Shown: piece by piece, positions 17,363 through 31,779 of the stretch
Layout: each line of letters opens with the position of its first letter
Numbering within the stretch: the first letter of the stretch is position 1
Assembly (NCBI RefSeq): GCF_009914755.1
Contig: NC_060947.1
From: the human T2T-CHM13v2.0 reference genome, Homo sapiens
Reading direction: 5' to 3' (one strand)
Length of the DNA stretch: 64,000 nucleotides
The notes under the pieces: model-generated
Databases searched by the model: none
Told to the model about the DNA's origin: nothing
Seen by the model: the letters and a program-made list of their open reading frames with translations, nothing else
Made by a program: the position numbers and the translations under genes

Positions 17363-19477
17363 ATTATATACAATTGACAGTATTTTTTTTAAAGCAGAGG
17401 TAGAAATTAAGACACATATAAAGAAATCTCAGTGCAAAATTTTTCTAGATTTTTATGATTTTCTTCTCAAGCATTTATGGTTATGCTGCCCCCACCAAAT
17501 TTAATAGAAATATTTAGCTCACTTTTACTTAGTTTTACAAAAACCAACCACTATGTTCTTTTGAAAGTAGCAGCTCTTTTTCTTGATGCCATCAAATAAG
17601 ATTAGGCTACATTCTGGCAAATCAAATTCCATAATTACAATAACAAGTGCAAGCTGTAACACAGTTTTGGGATCAAAGCAATGGATTTCTGGTAGGCAAA
17701 CAACTCTACTCACAGAAGCAGAAAGTTATAGACAAACTAGAGACTGCCATGTTTATACTAAGACCTCAACATGTTAGTGAATTAGCCAAAACATTTTACA
17801 GAAGTGATGGGCTCTGTTGATGAATCTGACAAGATGATTAATTGGAGGCCATTTTAAGAAAATTTTTACTGTGATAATAAAACTAATAATTTTTAACATG
17901 GCATTTCTTTCTTTTTTATACTCCTGCTGAATTAGAAATATCGGAAGAGAACAGAAGATTTGAGAAATGAGACATTCTCAACCTTCAGTAATGTTCTTTT
18001 AATTCTACCCTGGGCCATTATTATTTAATTCATAATAAGTTTGTCATAAACATGAATTGAAAAATGGGAGCCGCCCAATATTTCTCTGTCATCATATATC
18101 TGGTTTTACTCCCAAATTGTCTGATAAATGTTCCCAGGGAGCAAGTTTCATAAATGTTAAACAAACACGATTTTATATTGTAGGGAGAAACTCATGATTC
18201 TATCCATCTGTTCACTGAAAGAAAAGAAAGGACAAATCACTTTTAAAAGAATGTGCAGGAAAATGACCCAAGTTTGTAAACTCTGTATTTTTTATGGCAT
18301 CTCATGAATTTCAGTCTTATTTTTTTTTAAGGAAATAGACCTAAACTCACAAACAGTCCTTACAAGAGATAAGAATGGTTTCTCTGAAGTTGTTCTACTT
18401 GGTCTTATTACTCAGATGAGATGGACTATACATCCTTGGAGTGAGAGTCAAACCAGCCATGGGAGAAAGCAAAGAGGATGCTGATGGTGGCCTCTCATCT
18501 TATCAAGCTCAGAGCTGCCTTTTAATGGATGGAGAACCCAGGTGACCAGGTGCAGATAATTTCAAAGACCAACTGGAACTTTGATTCACCTGAGTTTCTA
18601 AGGAATGCTAGATACTTCATAGATCCAAACACTGATACCTATTATCAATGTAGAAATCGGCTGAACACTGTCCCTCTAATTTGGACTCTTAGGGCTTCAT
18701 CAGAATGTTCCCTGGCTATAAGTAGCTTCCTCCTTGATCCTGAGTCCCAAAATGGAACTTTAAAATTAATATCACTGGAATTCTTAAAGACCCTCTGCTA
18801 GACATCTGTTCCTGGAAGCTCTTTTTTATCACAACTTAGGATTATATAGTATTTACCTCTATCATATATAAATACAATTGCTATTGAACTTTAGAAGAAA
18901 CCCAACAATTTCACAAGTATAATCCTACTTTATTTAAAAACCACTGTGAGATGAGTGATAATCCTAGGCAGGCACATATTTCATATAATTTCCATTTGAT
19001 ATAGCAAATATCACATCCTGTTTATCTACTCTATGCCAGATGTTGAGCTGCAGAATGGCATAGATGCTGTTCCTCACACCCTTGGAGCTTACGATGAGTA
19101 GGAGGGACAATTTGACAACTGCAAAAAGAGACATATAGCATATATAATGGATGCCCAACCTAGATTTGGGAGCTTAAGTTCCAGCGAAGGACAATTGAAG
19201 CCTGAAGAGACTAAATAATTGCCAGAGGCCAGACAATTCCAATAAATAACAAACAAGATGTAATTCCACATCTTTCCTCCCATATCTACATAAAGAATGC
19301 AGCTTTTCAAAAAATAGGAACGTGTTGACAGGACACATGAAGGTAGTGTCTGAACTTTCACAGTGGACAAGTAATTGATCAGCAGCGGATTAATTTGAGT
19401 TCCATCTCTATGTCCAGTCAGCATGCTGGAATTTTGAAGGCAAAGCCCCCTTATCCTTGAAGGTTATAATCTAGTTC

Positions 19478-19705
19478 AACATGTGGACACTTAGAGAGGA
19501 ACAACAGACACTGGGGCCTGTCAGAGGACAAGAGGGAGGGAGGAGGGAGAGGATCAGGAAAAATAACTAATGGGTACTAGGCTTAATACCTGGGTGATGA
19601 AATAATCTGTACAAGAAACCCCCATAACACAAATTCACCTATGTAACAAACCTGCGCACGTATTCTTGAACTTAAAAGTTAAATTTAAAAAATAAGTTTA
19701 AATGT
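19478..19705 (+). mobile_element. 5'-truncated older L1PA 3' UTR (PA13-15-like)
   Basis: gggagaggatcaggaaaaataactaatgggtactaggcttaatacctgggtgatgaaataatctg; TSD-like ataa(t/c)ctagttcaa on both sides. Confidence 0.9.
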
Positions 19706-19833
19706 AATAATAACCTAGTTCAAAACCAAAGATATTATCAAATGGAGCAATAGAAGAGGGCAATCCTGTATGTATTGTCACAATTCTGTGGGACAGATAA
19801 CACGTGGTGAAAGTAATTTAGAAAGGGCAAGAG

Positions 19834-20737
19834 TTTAGGTCTCATTTGTCAGTTTGTGTTTTTGTTGCAATTGCTTTTGAGGACTTAGCCATAAATTCTT
19901 TGCCAAGGCCGATAGTAAGAAGGGGAAATTGTTCTATCAAAAAGACACAGGCACTCATATTTTCATTGCAGCACTTGTCACAATAGCAAAGACATGGAAT
20001 CAACCCAGGTACCCATCAACAGTGGATCGGATAAAGAAAATGTGGTACATATACACCATGGAATACTATTCAGCCATAAAAAAGAATGTGATCATGTCCT
20101 TTACAGCAACATGGATGCATCTGGAAACCGTTATCCCAAGTGAACTAATAGAGAAACAGAAAACCAAATGCCACACATTCCCACTTATAAGTGGGAGCTA
20201 AACATTGGGTACACATGGTCATAAAAATGGGAACAATATTCCTTTGGGTATATACCCAATAATGGGATTGCTGGAACAGAAAAGTAAATAGCACATGTTC
20301 TCACTTATAAGTGGAAGCTAAATGATGACAACACATGGGCACATAGAGGGGAACAACACACACTGGAGCCCATCAGAGGGTGGAAGGTGGGAGAAGGGAG
20401 AGGATCAGAAAAAATAACTAATGGGTACTAGGCTTAATACCTGGGTGATGAATAATCTTTACAACAAATCCCCATGACCCAAGTTTACCTATGTAACAAA
20501 CATGCACATGTGCCCCTGAACAAAGTTTAAAAATATGGGAAAATAGACTCTAGGGAATATAAGGGGAGGAGGAAAAGGGAGGTGTAAGGGTCAAAAACAT
20601 CTTTCTATTGGGTACCATGCTTACCACCTGGGGGATGCAATTCATTTATATATTCCAAACCTCAGCACCATGCAGTATACCCGCATTATAAAACTGCACA
20701 TAAACCCCTGATTCTAAAATAAATGAAAAAAAAAAAA
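19834..20737 (+). mobile_element. 5'-inverted L1PB-like element hosting a nested L1
   Basis: 19834-19925 antisense ORF2; 19926-20237 sense ORF2 C-terminus (ORF 19929-20201, IAKTWNQPR…); 3' UTR resumes at ~20540-20737; degenerate TSD agaaagggcaagag / agaatgggtgagag. Confidence 0.85.
20238..20530 (+). mobile_element. Nested, 5'-inverted older L1PA 3' end
   Basis: ~38-bp antisense piece (attcctttgggtatatacccaataatgggattgctgg), then sense 3' end; flanked by aaaaatgggaacaat / aaaatatgggaaaat. Confidence 0.85.
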
Positions 20738-21029
20738 GAATGGGTGAGAGACCCTGGCTCTCAGGGAAGTATGACCCCGCAAAGGCCACATCCTCATCAC
20801 ATCCCATACACAATGCAGCATTCACTCTTCCCCACATGCATACTGCCCTTTTCTGGCTTTAGAGTTCTGCGGGTTTCTGTATTCTTTTTTCCAGAATATT
20901 CTGTCTCAGAAGATTCTTCTTTATTTAGCAAAAGCCCACTTTAAATGCCACCTCCTCCATGAAACTTCAGGCCTAAATATTTTCTCTGTTCATGACAAGT
21001 CACCTGCTACATCACACCTTTATGCAATC

Positions 21030-21140
21030 ATTTGTAAAATGCTAACAATAATGCTACTCCATTCATGGGAGGCTGTAGAGATTTAGTGAGAGAATCAATA
21101 TAAAATTCCTAGCACAAGATGTGGCTCATAGGTAGGGCTA
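21030..21140. mobile_element. MIR fragment
   Basis: tgtaaaatgctaacaataatgctactcc…ggctgtagagatttagtgagagaat…cctagcacaagatgtggctcatagg. Confidence 0.7.
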
Positions 21141-21979
21141 ACCAGAGTGAACCTTCATTACAGTTAATGCCAGTATTACTGTTGATGACAATCCGCAGTC
21201 CTCACTTTGCACACTATCATGACAATTAAAACTCACACATGTTGGAATCATGTTTTCACCTTGCACCGTTCTGTGGTCACAGATTTTCAGGGAGAGAACA
21301 CGGTTCTGATGGGCATGAGGTTTAGCATCAGGAGGGCATGTCAAGAGAAGGCTGTGTGTAATAGGAATAGGAATAGTAGGAGTAACTGAAGGGTTTTGCA
21401 CTAATGAGGAACTCGAGTTAGACCCTGACAGTTTACATTCTTGTCTTTCAGAGAAGGACAAATAAAAGAAGTCTCTGGCATATTGTTTAAACTCTATAAT
21501 AGCAGCAAAAATGCCTCAGCTGGGATTACTTGGATGGAAACATGCAGAGTTGATCTTGGTTGGTGTGAGAGGACCTTGCACTCAATGCAGGTCTTCGTGA
21601 ATTGTGATCATCAACAGATACATGGGCCACTGCTGACAGCACTGTCTCCATGTTAAAACACCTGACGTTGGTAGGATATGTCAGGGGTATTGTTAGGGTC
21701 ATCGACACCATCCTGGGTTTTTTGGCTATGTCCTTGTGGCTCACTGCATCCACTTTTATGTTTTCTGGGTTATTTATGTCAAATCTTTGGATTATACCTC
21801 AGTTATTTTAGGGAAAAAATGTGCATCCTGGCACAAAAAATGTAATGTGATTATTGCCATGATTATAGGCTGCTCTAATAAATATGAAACAACAGTTTTA
21901 TATGGAAGACAACATTTGTGCAATCTCTGGAGGACATTGATTCAAACTCACAGGGGCCTTCCCTTCTTCATTACAATAA

Positions 21980-22800
21980 AAATTGCTTTATTTTTAAAAA
22001 TTATATAAATAAATGTAGGTTTACTGTGAAATACTCCGAACAACACAGAAGTAAAGCAGACATAAAATTGTATGTACAAATTCCGTTCCCAGAGAGAGTC
22101 ACCGTAAATATACTGGTGAACGTGTTACTTAGCTTTCTACACATGTGCATATATATTTGTACAGAAAGATACATCGGTTATTTTTATGCTCTCTCAAATT
22201 TGCTTCCCCCTCCCAAGAATACATCAAGGACAGTTTTGCTCAGTTTTGCTGTCTGCCTATCTGTCTCTCTACTATCTATCTATGTGTCCGTCTATCTATC
22301 TATCGTCTATCATCTATCTACCTATCTTATCTTTCCATCCAACATCTATCTAATATCTATCTATCTACCTATCTAATCTAGTCTCTATCTCATCTATCTA
22401 TTCATCTGTCTGTTACCATCTGCGTCTCTATTATGTATCTATCTACCTGTTTATCTATCATCTAGCTCATCTGTCTCTATTATCATTTTAAGTAACTCGC
22501 TATGTTTCATTGTACTATAATTTGTTAAATCAACGCTATTGATGAACATTTAAAGTGTTTTTAAACTTTTCACTCTTTCATACAAAAATGTGATGAGTGT
22601 ATTTGTACATCCGTTTTATATTTGTCAGACTTTTTTCCTGGGATAAATTTCTAAAGTGAGGTTTCTGAGTAGAAAGAAGTGCATATGCAATTAAGATTTT
22701 TGAAGCCTACTTCCAACTGTCCGTGCAACTATTGACACTGTATATTGATATTAGGCATTATCAACTTTTTTCATCATTGTCAATCTTAGTTATCAAAACA
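21980..22800 (-). mobile_element. Old L1ME 3' fragment containing a degenerate (TATC)n at 22255-22485
   Basis: ctattgatgaacatttaaagtg; cctgggataaatttctaaagtgaggtttctgag; long impure TATC/TGTC tract. Confidence 0.65.
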
Positions 22801-23095
22801 GTGACTTTTTTTAATCCAGATGAATGAGGAAACTCTAAAATTCAATTGTTTTTCCTCAATTGTGATAAAAGATGTTCCTTTTTTGCCATAGAGGATACTT
22901 TTTCTATTTCTTTTCCCTAGTTTTCTAATAATTCCTGGTGGGCTTGTTGTAGTTTGTCTTTATTATACTGAGACAAAGTTTGATTCTGCCTTCCCTGGTA
23001 TCTGTTCAGACCTCCTCTGTGTACTTATTTATTGGTTGGGGATATTGTCATGGTCTCTTCCACAGAATAGGGAATCAGAGCCGGGTGGGCTGCTA

Positions 23096-23479
<384 letters not shown>

Positions 23480-23971
23480 TCATTAGAACAACTGGAAAGA
23501 AAAAGACAAGACAATAAGTGTCTTTAGGGTGTGTAAACTGTCATTCTTAAAAATTCCGGATTATGTGTTCATAATCCCCACTCTGTAGAATGGTTGCAGG
23601 CATCTAAGGCTAAACCTTGAGTTAGGTGGGCTTTCTTTGTGTAAATGTCAGTGCAGTCTGCTTTGCTGGTTGGTCCCTTTTATCACACCCATGGTGATTT
23701 TGAGATCCTTTACACATGTGTATCTCATCCATACATTGCTGGCTTAGCACCTTCCATTGAGTTGTTCTGGACCATGCTTCACTGTCTCCTTCTGTATCCC
23801 ATTCTCACATCATCTCTCTGTTGCCACCTACAACTGGGTGATAAACCCATGATTGATGGCAGATAACCCAGGAGTATTTTGTTTTCCAAAGAAATAATTT
23901 AAATGAAACACTGGCTATTTTCTTGTAAGTAGTAAGTGATAGCTCTACTTAAACAGAATTAAAAGATAGAC

Positions 23972-23997
23972 CACACACACACACACACACACACACA
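23972..23997. repeat. (CA)n microsatellite
   Basis: Pure CA run. Confidence 0.95.
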
Positions 23998-25744
23998 GTG
24001 GGAGGGTCAACTCTTAATAGGTGTAGAGAAAGGAAAGATATGAGTCAAGACATCTGAGTTCTTGTGCCTTCTATGACAATTGGACCTTTGGAAAAGCCAC
24101 TTGATTTTTCTGTGTTTCAATTTTCCAATGTATAAAATGGGCTCAGCTTTGATCTGCTTCATATACCAGGTTGATTTTTTGTTTGATTTTATTTCAAAAG
24201 GGCATTCTTAACTAAGGAATAATACAAAATTTAAGAACCATAGAACTATTTTTATTTCTAGGGTTACTTCCAGCTCTGAGTCTAGGAATCTGACCCAAAT
24301 TTTTAATACAACTCAAAAGTAGAAGCCTTTCTGTTTTAACTCTCTATTGAGCTTTTTATTATTATGAAGAAGATATATAAATTAGAACAATATAAGCCTG
24401 TATAATTTTTACAACAAAAGACCATTTTATCTATTTTAATTAGTAATTTTTATCAAGAATATCTATGAGAAAATAATAAAGGTACCTAAGCCATTCTTTG
24501 AAAATGACTAAATGATTAGTAAGAAAGAAGAAACTAAGACACTATAAAGCACAACAAAATTAACAGATGCTTAAAATTTAGAATATATGTTTTAAAAAGT
24601 GTTCTCACTAGAGTAAGAAGTGGCGTTTTCCCTGGAACTTTTGTAAAATTTGATTTATATGGTGCAGTCAAAGTGTATTTAAATAATGCTATCTTTTTTT
24701 TTTCCACCTAGCATTAGTGAGTTTGATGAGAAGACTGAGTCTGAGTGGCAGGTCAGGAACTGCCATCACATGGGGGTTTGTTGGGAACCGTTCATTCATC
24801 CATAAAGCAGGATAATCTTTGAGGGATGCTAACAATGGAGACAAGGTTTCCATGCAGGTGGGCTTCATCCCAGGTGAAAAGAAGCTCATAACATTCATTG
24901 CAGCCTGAAAAGGAATAGCAATTGTATCACGGCGGGGTGTGTCTTTGGATGTGGGTGTGAATGGAGTCAGAGTTTTTTTACAGGTCAGACTCTAGGGGCT
25001 TAGAAGAAGGACTTGGAGATTCTGATGTCTTCTGGGGCCAGAAAGAGAAACCTGAAAGGGTGGAATAGGTGGAGTGGGCACCTGGGTGAGATGGGGCAGG
25101 TGTGCACTGTCTAAAGAGATCACCTACTCAGCTTCAGTCCACGGCTGCTCAGTAGAAATGCTGGTCATGTGTCACTAGGCCATCTGCTTTCCAAGAGAAT
25201 GTGCCCACCCTCTGTCGTGATCTTGATGTCATGACCCCTCACTTGTGCTGAGTACAATTATCTAAGACCATTGCCTTCTTTCCATTATTTATTTTATTTT
25301 ACGGTTTTCCAAATCACAGACCAGCATCGAGCTACCCCAAAAGGATATGAAATTATATGAGTGTCTCTATCCAGGGTGCCCTCTGTCTTGATTTAACCAA
25401 AGAAATTCCAGAAACCGTGTACCCGAAAGGAAAGGAACCAAGGGTTCAGAAAGTATGCCTGGCAAGTATTGGTGGCTTTTTGTTTTGATTTGTTTCTGAA
25501 GAAATGAATGTTATCTTATCAAATGCACAACAGAAAATCTCTTAAACAAGCTGAACTAACCAAATAAGAGGAATTTATTACAAGGATACTGTAGCATTCT
25601 TCAAACTCAGGGGAAGATGTGTAACTCAGCCTCTTGAGAACTGAAACAAGATGCTGCAAATATATTAGAAAACAGGCATTAGCTCTCTCCCTCTGCCCAT
25701 ATGGCACTGTAGGGAATAAATGTACTTCAATGAAAAACTATGCT

Positions 25745-26113
25745 ATATTAGCCTGCTCTCACGCTGCTATGAAGAAACACCTGAGACTGGGTAATTTATA
25801 AAGAAAAGAGGTTTAATTGACTCACAGTTCCCCATGGCTGGGGAGGCCTCAGGAAACTTACAATCATGGCAGAAGGAGAAGCAAACACGTCCTTCTTCAC
25901 ATGGTGACAGAAGAGAGAAGTGCTGAGCAAAAGGGGAAAAGCCCCTTGTAAAACCATCAGAACTCGTGAGAACTCACTGTCATGAGAACAGCATGGAGGT
26001 AACCGCCCCCATGATTCAATTACCTCCCACTGGGTCCCTCCCATGACACGTGGGGATTTTGGGAGTTACAATTCAAGATGAGGTTTGGGTGGGGACACAG
26101 CCAAACCGTATCA
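25745..26113 (-). mobile_element. THE1 (C/D-like) solo LTR
   Basis: gagactgggtaatttataaagaaaagaggtttaattgactcacagttc…gggtggggacacagccaaaccgtatca; 5-bp TSD tatgc/catgc. Confidence 0.93.
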
Positions 26114-27031
26114 CATGCGTTGGCTCTTACACACTTTTCCAGGCAGTACAACTCTATCCCTGTTCATTGACTTTGAGCTATTTTGTAACTCTTTGTAAAT
26201 TGGAGGTAACTGATACGCAAACTCTGTCTTGTATGATAGAGTTTCAACTGATTCTCAAAAATGTCTACAGTTTTGCCTTCTTTTGCAATTCAACTGATTT
26301 GCTGTATATGAATTTGTGCATTTTCCCCCTTGAACCAGTTATATTATCTGTCCGGTTGTCTCATTTGATTAATGAGTAAAATAAAATCATTTACATGTGT
26401 TCATTTTTTTTACCTGTATGGAAGTCATGCTTTTATCTTTTTTTCTGAAAAGCATCTCTTCCTATCTTGCTTTTACTAATTCTGAATGCACAAAGATACA
26501 TGGCTCCCATGCTGACTTTGCAAGATCTTGCTTCAAAGGAACAGTGCTTCTAAATCTCAATTCTAATTTCCTCCTAGAGAAAAAATATGTTTTTAAGTGT
26601 CCAGCTGGCATGATTCTACGTTTGCTACAATTGAGCGTGACCAGAGGGTGATGCCTGCACTACCTACTATCATGTTTGATAACAGCCCAGAATGTTGGGA
26701 TGTGGAGGGAGAAGTTCTCAGGAGTGTGTATGTTGTATTTGTGTGTGTGTGTGTGTGTGCATGAGCTTTTAGTGATTGGGTGCTCTGAGTGGTTGTTCTG
26801 CACAGTAGATAGTCAAGAACAAGTTGATTGCCACAAATGTCAGGGCTGTAGAAACAGAATTGGGATATCTATGGGGCCAAAGAGGACCTCAAACAGGAAC
26901 AAACAGCACACATCCTTCACCTCACAAAACTTCATTAAATTATGTCTACTATGTAAACCCGTTGCTAGAGGTTCTTGTGTATATGAAGGGAACACAGAAG
27001 AGACACATGACTCACAGTTATTCAAATTAGT

Positions 27032-27343
<312 letters not shown>

Positions 27344-28924
27344 GTTAGTGTGTGATAAGTCCTATAAATATAAAGAATTCCAGGTTTATGGGAGTTTGAA
27401 ATAAAGGTCTATGGGAGTTTGGAAGAGGAGAATATGACTTCCTCTTTGAGGGAATTAAATTTGTCTTTATAGTATAAATGGCATGCAGTGAAGACCATCA
27501 ATAAGAGACCGGGTTGGAACATGGGTGACAAGGTTGTGGTGGTGGGGATAGTAGGGTTTAGAAGGGTTTCACATGTTCTATATGCAGGGACAGCCCAAGC
27601 CAAAGTTCAGAATATTCAGAAGCAAAGAATTATTTGGTGGAAGCAGGGAGGTGTGAATGGTTTGAGCACGTTGACACATTGGTCAGGCTGGGTGAAGAGA
27701 TATTCATGTTTGGGGATGAGGACCAATTTACATACTCTAATACAAAGCATGATTCTTCCGAGGGCTCACAGCCAGCATTGGGAGTGGATTTTCTGAACCC
27801 CCTTAATGAAGGATGCAAACATCAGAATTCAAGTCAAGTTAATTTTATCAAATAAAAACATGTTTATTCTAAGGACAAAGGGGCATCCTGTGGCAGCAAA
27901 GGGAAGTTGGACCTCCTAAAAGACAAAAATCAGAAAGTTTCTGGAAGGTCTGATTTACATCATTAATGTAGGTGAGACACTATATAGCCACGGGCCAATA
28001 AAGGCAAGATAAGGCTTGATTTACAAAAAGCCAAGAATCTTTGAATTTATGACATCATAGTTTATCTCAAGGAAGCTTTAAACCTGTGAATCTGATATCT
28101 AAAATAGTATAAAGCAGATTGAGGTGAATTTTAGGAGAAACATTTTTGGAACTTCTCACAGCTCCAGAACTGCATTCTTTGAACTTAAAGGAGTTCTTTT
28201 GCTTAGAGTTTGGTATGATAAAAAATATTTTCCATTTCTACTAGCTGTTTTTATCCTTTTGGCATTACAAAACAATTTATTTTTTATTTATTCTTTTACA
28301 GTTGCTGAAATTTAGACAGCCGAGTGAGAGATTTCTCTCTAACCTAGGAGACAATTTGATGGTTGTGTTCATATAGAAGCATCTTAACTGAATTCTGAAT
28401 CCTGAGGGCATGGAAGATTGAAAAGTGCCCTGGCAGAAGAAAATCTAGCAAAATTTCTATTATTCATTGGAAAAGCAGGGAACAACAAATGGAATTCATG
28501 GGTAGATGCAGCACCATTGCTAAACTTTCACAGGATAAGCCAGCAGAGGTAGACAATGGATTGGAATTTAAATCAACCTCTTTAGTCCACAGCCACATGG
28601 TGTGGGTATAAATGATGAATACAATGGCCAAGGAGAAAGAATGGGAAAGACAAGAGTCATAGCTAGGAAGCATTGGTTGGAGAGTTTAAAGAAAAACTTC
28701 GACAGAGTCACTTTCTAACTTTATAATGTTTTTATTTCAAGTGGATATCTTTGGTTGTGAAACATATGTAGTCCCCGAAACTCTATGCATCAGAAGAAAT
28801 AAGTACAGAAACTGCAAGAGTTTTTGAATATTGAGAAACCATAATTCAAATATTTTGATTTCACAAAATCAATAATGTATTCTCTCATTTTATTTCCTTT
28901 TATGGAGGCACATGTCCTCTTCAA

Positions 28925-28926
<2 letters not shown>

Positions 28927-28983
<57 letters not shown>

Positions 28984-28984
28984 A
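28927..28984. repeat. Compound (CA)n(TA)n microsatellite
   Basis: About 21 CA units followed by TA units. Confidence 0.95.
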
Positions 28985-29459
28985 AGTCAAGAGACAATCT
29001 TTTATAGGTAAAGTTAATCTAACAGAAGAAAACAATGAAGTAAATCAGGAAAGAAAATTAGTGTTCCCTTCTTTTCTTTTGGAAGGTAGAGCAATCAAAA
29101 AGATGGTCAGGGTTTGAAACAATTTGAAAACATACTAGAAGTGAATCTTCTATGTTGAATTAATTGAAAATATATTGGGGACTGAATCTCATAAAACTGG
29201 CAAGTAGAGATGAAAATACATGCAATGGAGATAATTCATGTTTATTGCACTCTTGTGACCTTATAATTATTGGTTTTCTAGTCTATTTAATATTGATGTA
29301 TTCATCATGTGATTTATAGCTAATATTCTCCTTCTAAGATGGCAACTCAATCTTGATATATTCAGTGTATTCGCTCATCACCAGATTTTGTATCCTATCA
29401 TTCAGAAGCCACATTTTCCATGCTCATAAATGCTTGTATGTGGCAACATTTGACATTTG

Positions 29460-30345
29460 GGAAAATTGTTATTTTAACATTATTTTAAACATACAGAAGA
29501 GTTGCAAAAATGTAACACAGAACTCTTGTAAACATTTTACATAGATTGACAAATTGTTTGCATTTTGCCCCATTTACTCACTCTCTTTTCTTATTCTTTC
29601 TCTCTGTCTCTTTCTCTCTCCTCTCCCTTGACCATTTGAGAGTAAATTACATATAATGATCTTTCATTGTTAAACATTTCAATGTTTAACATTGAATGTT
29701 CTTTAGAAAGAACAAAGACATTCCCCTGCATAACTACAGTATAATGATCAACATCAAAAAATTTGATGTTAGAAACCCTAGCCAGAGCAATCAGGGAAGA
29801 GAAAGAAGTAAAAGGCACCCAAAAAGGAAAAGAAGAAGTCAAATTATCTCTCTTCACTGATGACTCTCTAACTAGAAAACCCTAAAGACTCCAACGAAAG
29901 GCTCCTGGAAATGATAAATAACTTTAGCAAAGTTTCAGGATACAAAAGCAACGTACAAAACTTAGTGGCATTTCTCTACACCAATAATGTTCATGTTGAG
30001 AGCAAAATCAAGTATGGAATCCCATGTACAATAGCCACGAAGATGACAATAATAGACACTGCAGATTACTAGAGGGTGGGGGATAAGCGTTGAAAAACTG
30101 TTGGGTACTATGTAAAACAAAGTCTGCACATGTACCCACTGAATAAAATAAAAGTTGAAATTATCTTTTTAAATATTGACCTTGATACATTCCTATTATC
30201 TAATCCATATTCTGTATTTAAATTTTGTCAATTTCCTCAATATTTTGTATATAAAATATACATACATTCCAATCATAGGTCTAATCTAAGATCACACATT
30301 GCTTTTAGCTTTTCTTTAATATGAAACAGTTCCTCAGCCAATTAT
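29460..30345 (-). mobile_element. Old L1MC/MD 3' fragment, split by a younger L1
   Basis: aaacatacagaagagttgcaaaaatg; ccttgaccatttgagagtaaattac; aacaaagacattccc; resumes at ttgatacattcctattatctaatcc…atcacacattgc. Confidence 0.7.
29768..30170 (+). mobile_element. Internally deleted L1PB/L1MA element
   Basis: ORF2 RT-region piece (ctagccagagcaatcagg…tcccatgtacaatagccac) joined directly to 3' UTR (gaagatgacaataatagacactg…ctgcacatgtacccactgaataaaataaaagttg). Confidence 0.85.
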
Positions 30346-30951
30346 TTCGTAGACTAGTACCAAAAGGTATATGGTGACCAATATTTACTTTTGATATTCC
30401 GTTGATTCCTCACTGAGCTGGTGGAGCACAGATATTGTAGAACATACAGTTATAGGATCAACCTGAAAATGACAACAAAAAGTCAGTGGTCTGGGTCCTC
30501 AGAGAAATACTTGAGATTGGTAATATGTTGATTTAGTTTTGCTCTTCCACTAGGGTCTTTGGCCAGGAGGTCTGAAATTTAATTAGATTCAGGTCAACTC
30601 TAAGGTTCCTAGGTTCTATGATAAATATAGCCAGAATAGTAAATGTTATGAAAAGGAACATAATTGGGCAGTGGAAACAATTATGATTTAGGTTTCCATA
30701 GATGCAAAGCTATGTAATGTCACACACTTGGATTCTTACTCTTTGAGAGTAATTTGTATCATCATTCAGGTACTGTTTCACCTTAGTCCAAGACAGAAAA
30801 TTCAGGTGACTAAGGTTTCTTGACCAAGAGCACAGCAGAGACTCTGGTCCAGGGACACCAGCCTGAAAACCAAACCCTGGTTAGAAAGGATTGATAGTGT
30901 CCTTGCATTATGTTTGCTATTACATTTCCACTGTTAAACAATTGTACACAT

Positions 30952-31746
30952 TGATATGGTTTGGATTTGTGTCCCTGCCTGTATTAGTCTGTTCTCATGC
31001 TGCTAATAAAGACATACCCAAGACTGGGTAATTTATAAAGGAGAGAGGCTTAATTCACTCACAGTTCTGCATGGCTGGGGAGGCCTCACAATCATGGCAG
31101 AAGGTGAAAGAGGAGCAAAGTCATGTCTTACATGGCAGTAGGCAAGAGAGTGTGTGCAGGGGAAACCCTCTTTATAAAACCATCAGATCTCATGAGACTT
31201 ATTCACTATCACGAAAACTGCACAGGAAAGACCTGACACCATGATTCAACACCATGATTTAATTATCTCCCACTGGGTCCCTTTCATGACACACGGAAAT
31301 TATGAGAACAATAATTCAAGATGGGATTTGGGTAGGGACACAGCCAAACCATATCACTGCCCAGATCTCACCAGATATCATGTCAAATTGTAATCCCTAG
31401 TGTTGAAGGTGGGCCCTGATGGGAGGTGATTGGATTATGGGGGTGGAGTGTTCATGAATGGTTTAGCACCAACTCCTTTTGGAACTGTGTAGTGAATGAG
31501 CTCTCCTGAGATCTGGTTGTTTAGAAGTGTGTGGCACCTCCCTCCTTCCTCCTGCTTTAGCCGTGTGAAGTGCTGGCTCCTCCTTTACCTTCTGCCATAA
31601 TTGTAAGTTCCTGAGGCCTCCCAGAGGCAGAAGCCACCATGCTTCCTGTACAGCCTGCAGAATCATGAGCCAGTTAAACCTCTTGTCTTTATAAATTACC
31701 CAGTATTGGGTATTTCTTTATAGCAGTGTGAGAACAGACTAATGCA
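30952..31746 (+). mobile_element. MST (MSTA/B-like) solo LTR interrupted by THE1
   Basis: tgatatggtttggatttgtgtccctgcc … cagatctca…aattgtaatccctagtgttgaaggtggg…gcagtgtgagaacagactaatgca. Confidence 0.92.
30980..31356 (-). mobile_element. THE1B-like solo LTR nested in MST
   Basis: tgtattagtctgttctcatgctgctaataaagacataccc…cagccaaaccatatca; perfect 5-bp TSD ctgcc at 30975-30979 and 31357-31361. Confidence 0.95.
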
Positions 31747-31779
31747 ACAGTCTATTTCAAGGATTGAGTTTTTCCTTAG

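Noticed and set aside
28790-29117. CVCVCV / THTHTH ORFs, and the SIYL-repeat ORFs at 10186-10479 and 21918-22381
   Set aside because: Microsatellite read-through lacking stop codons.
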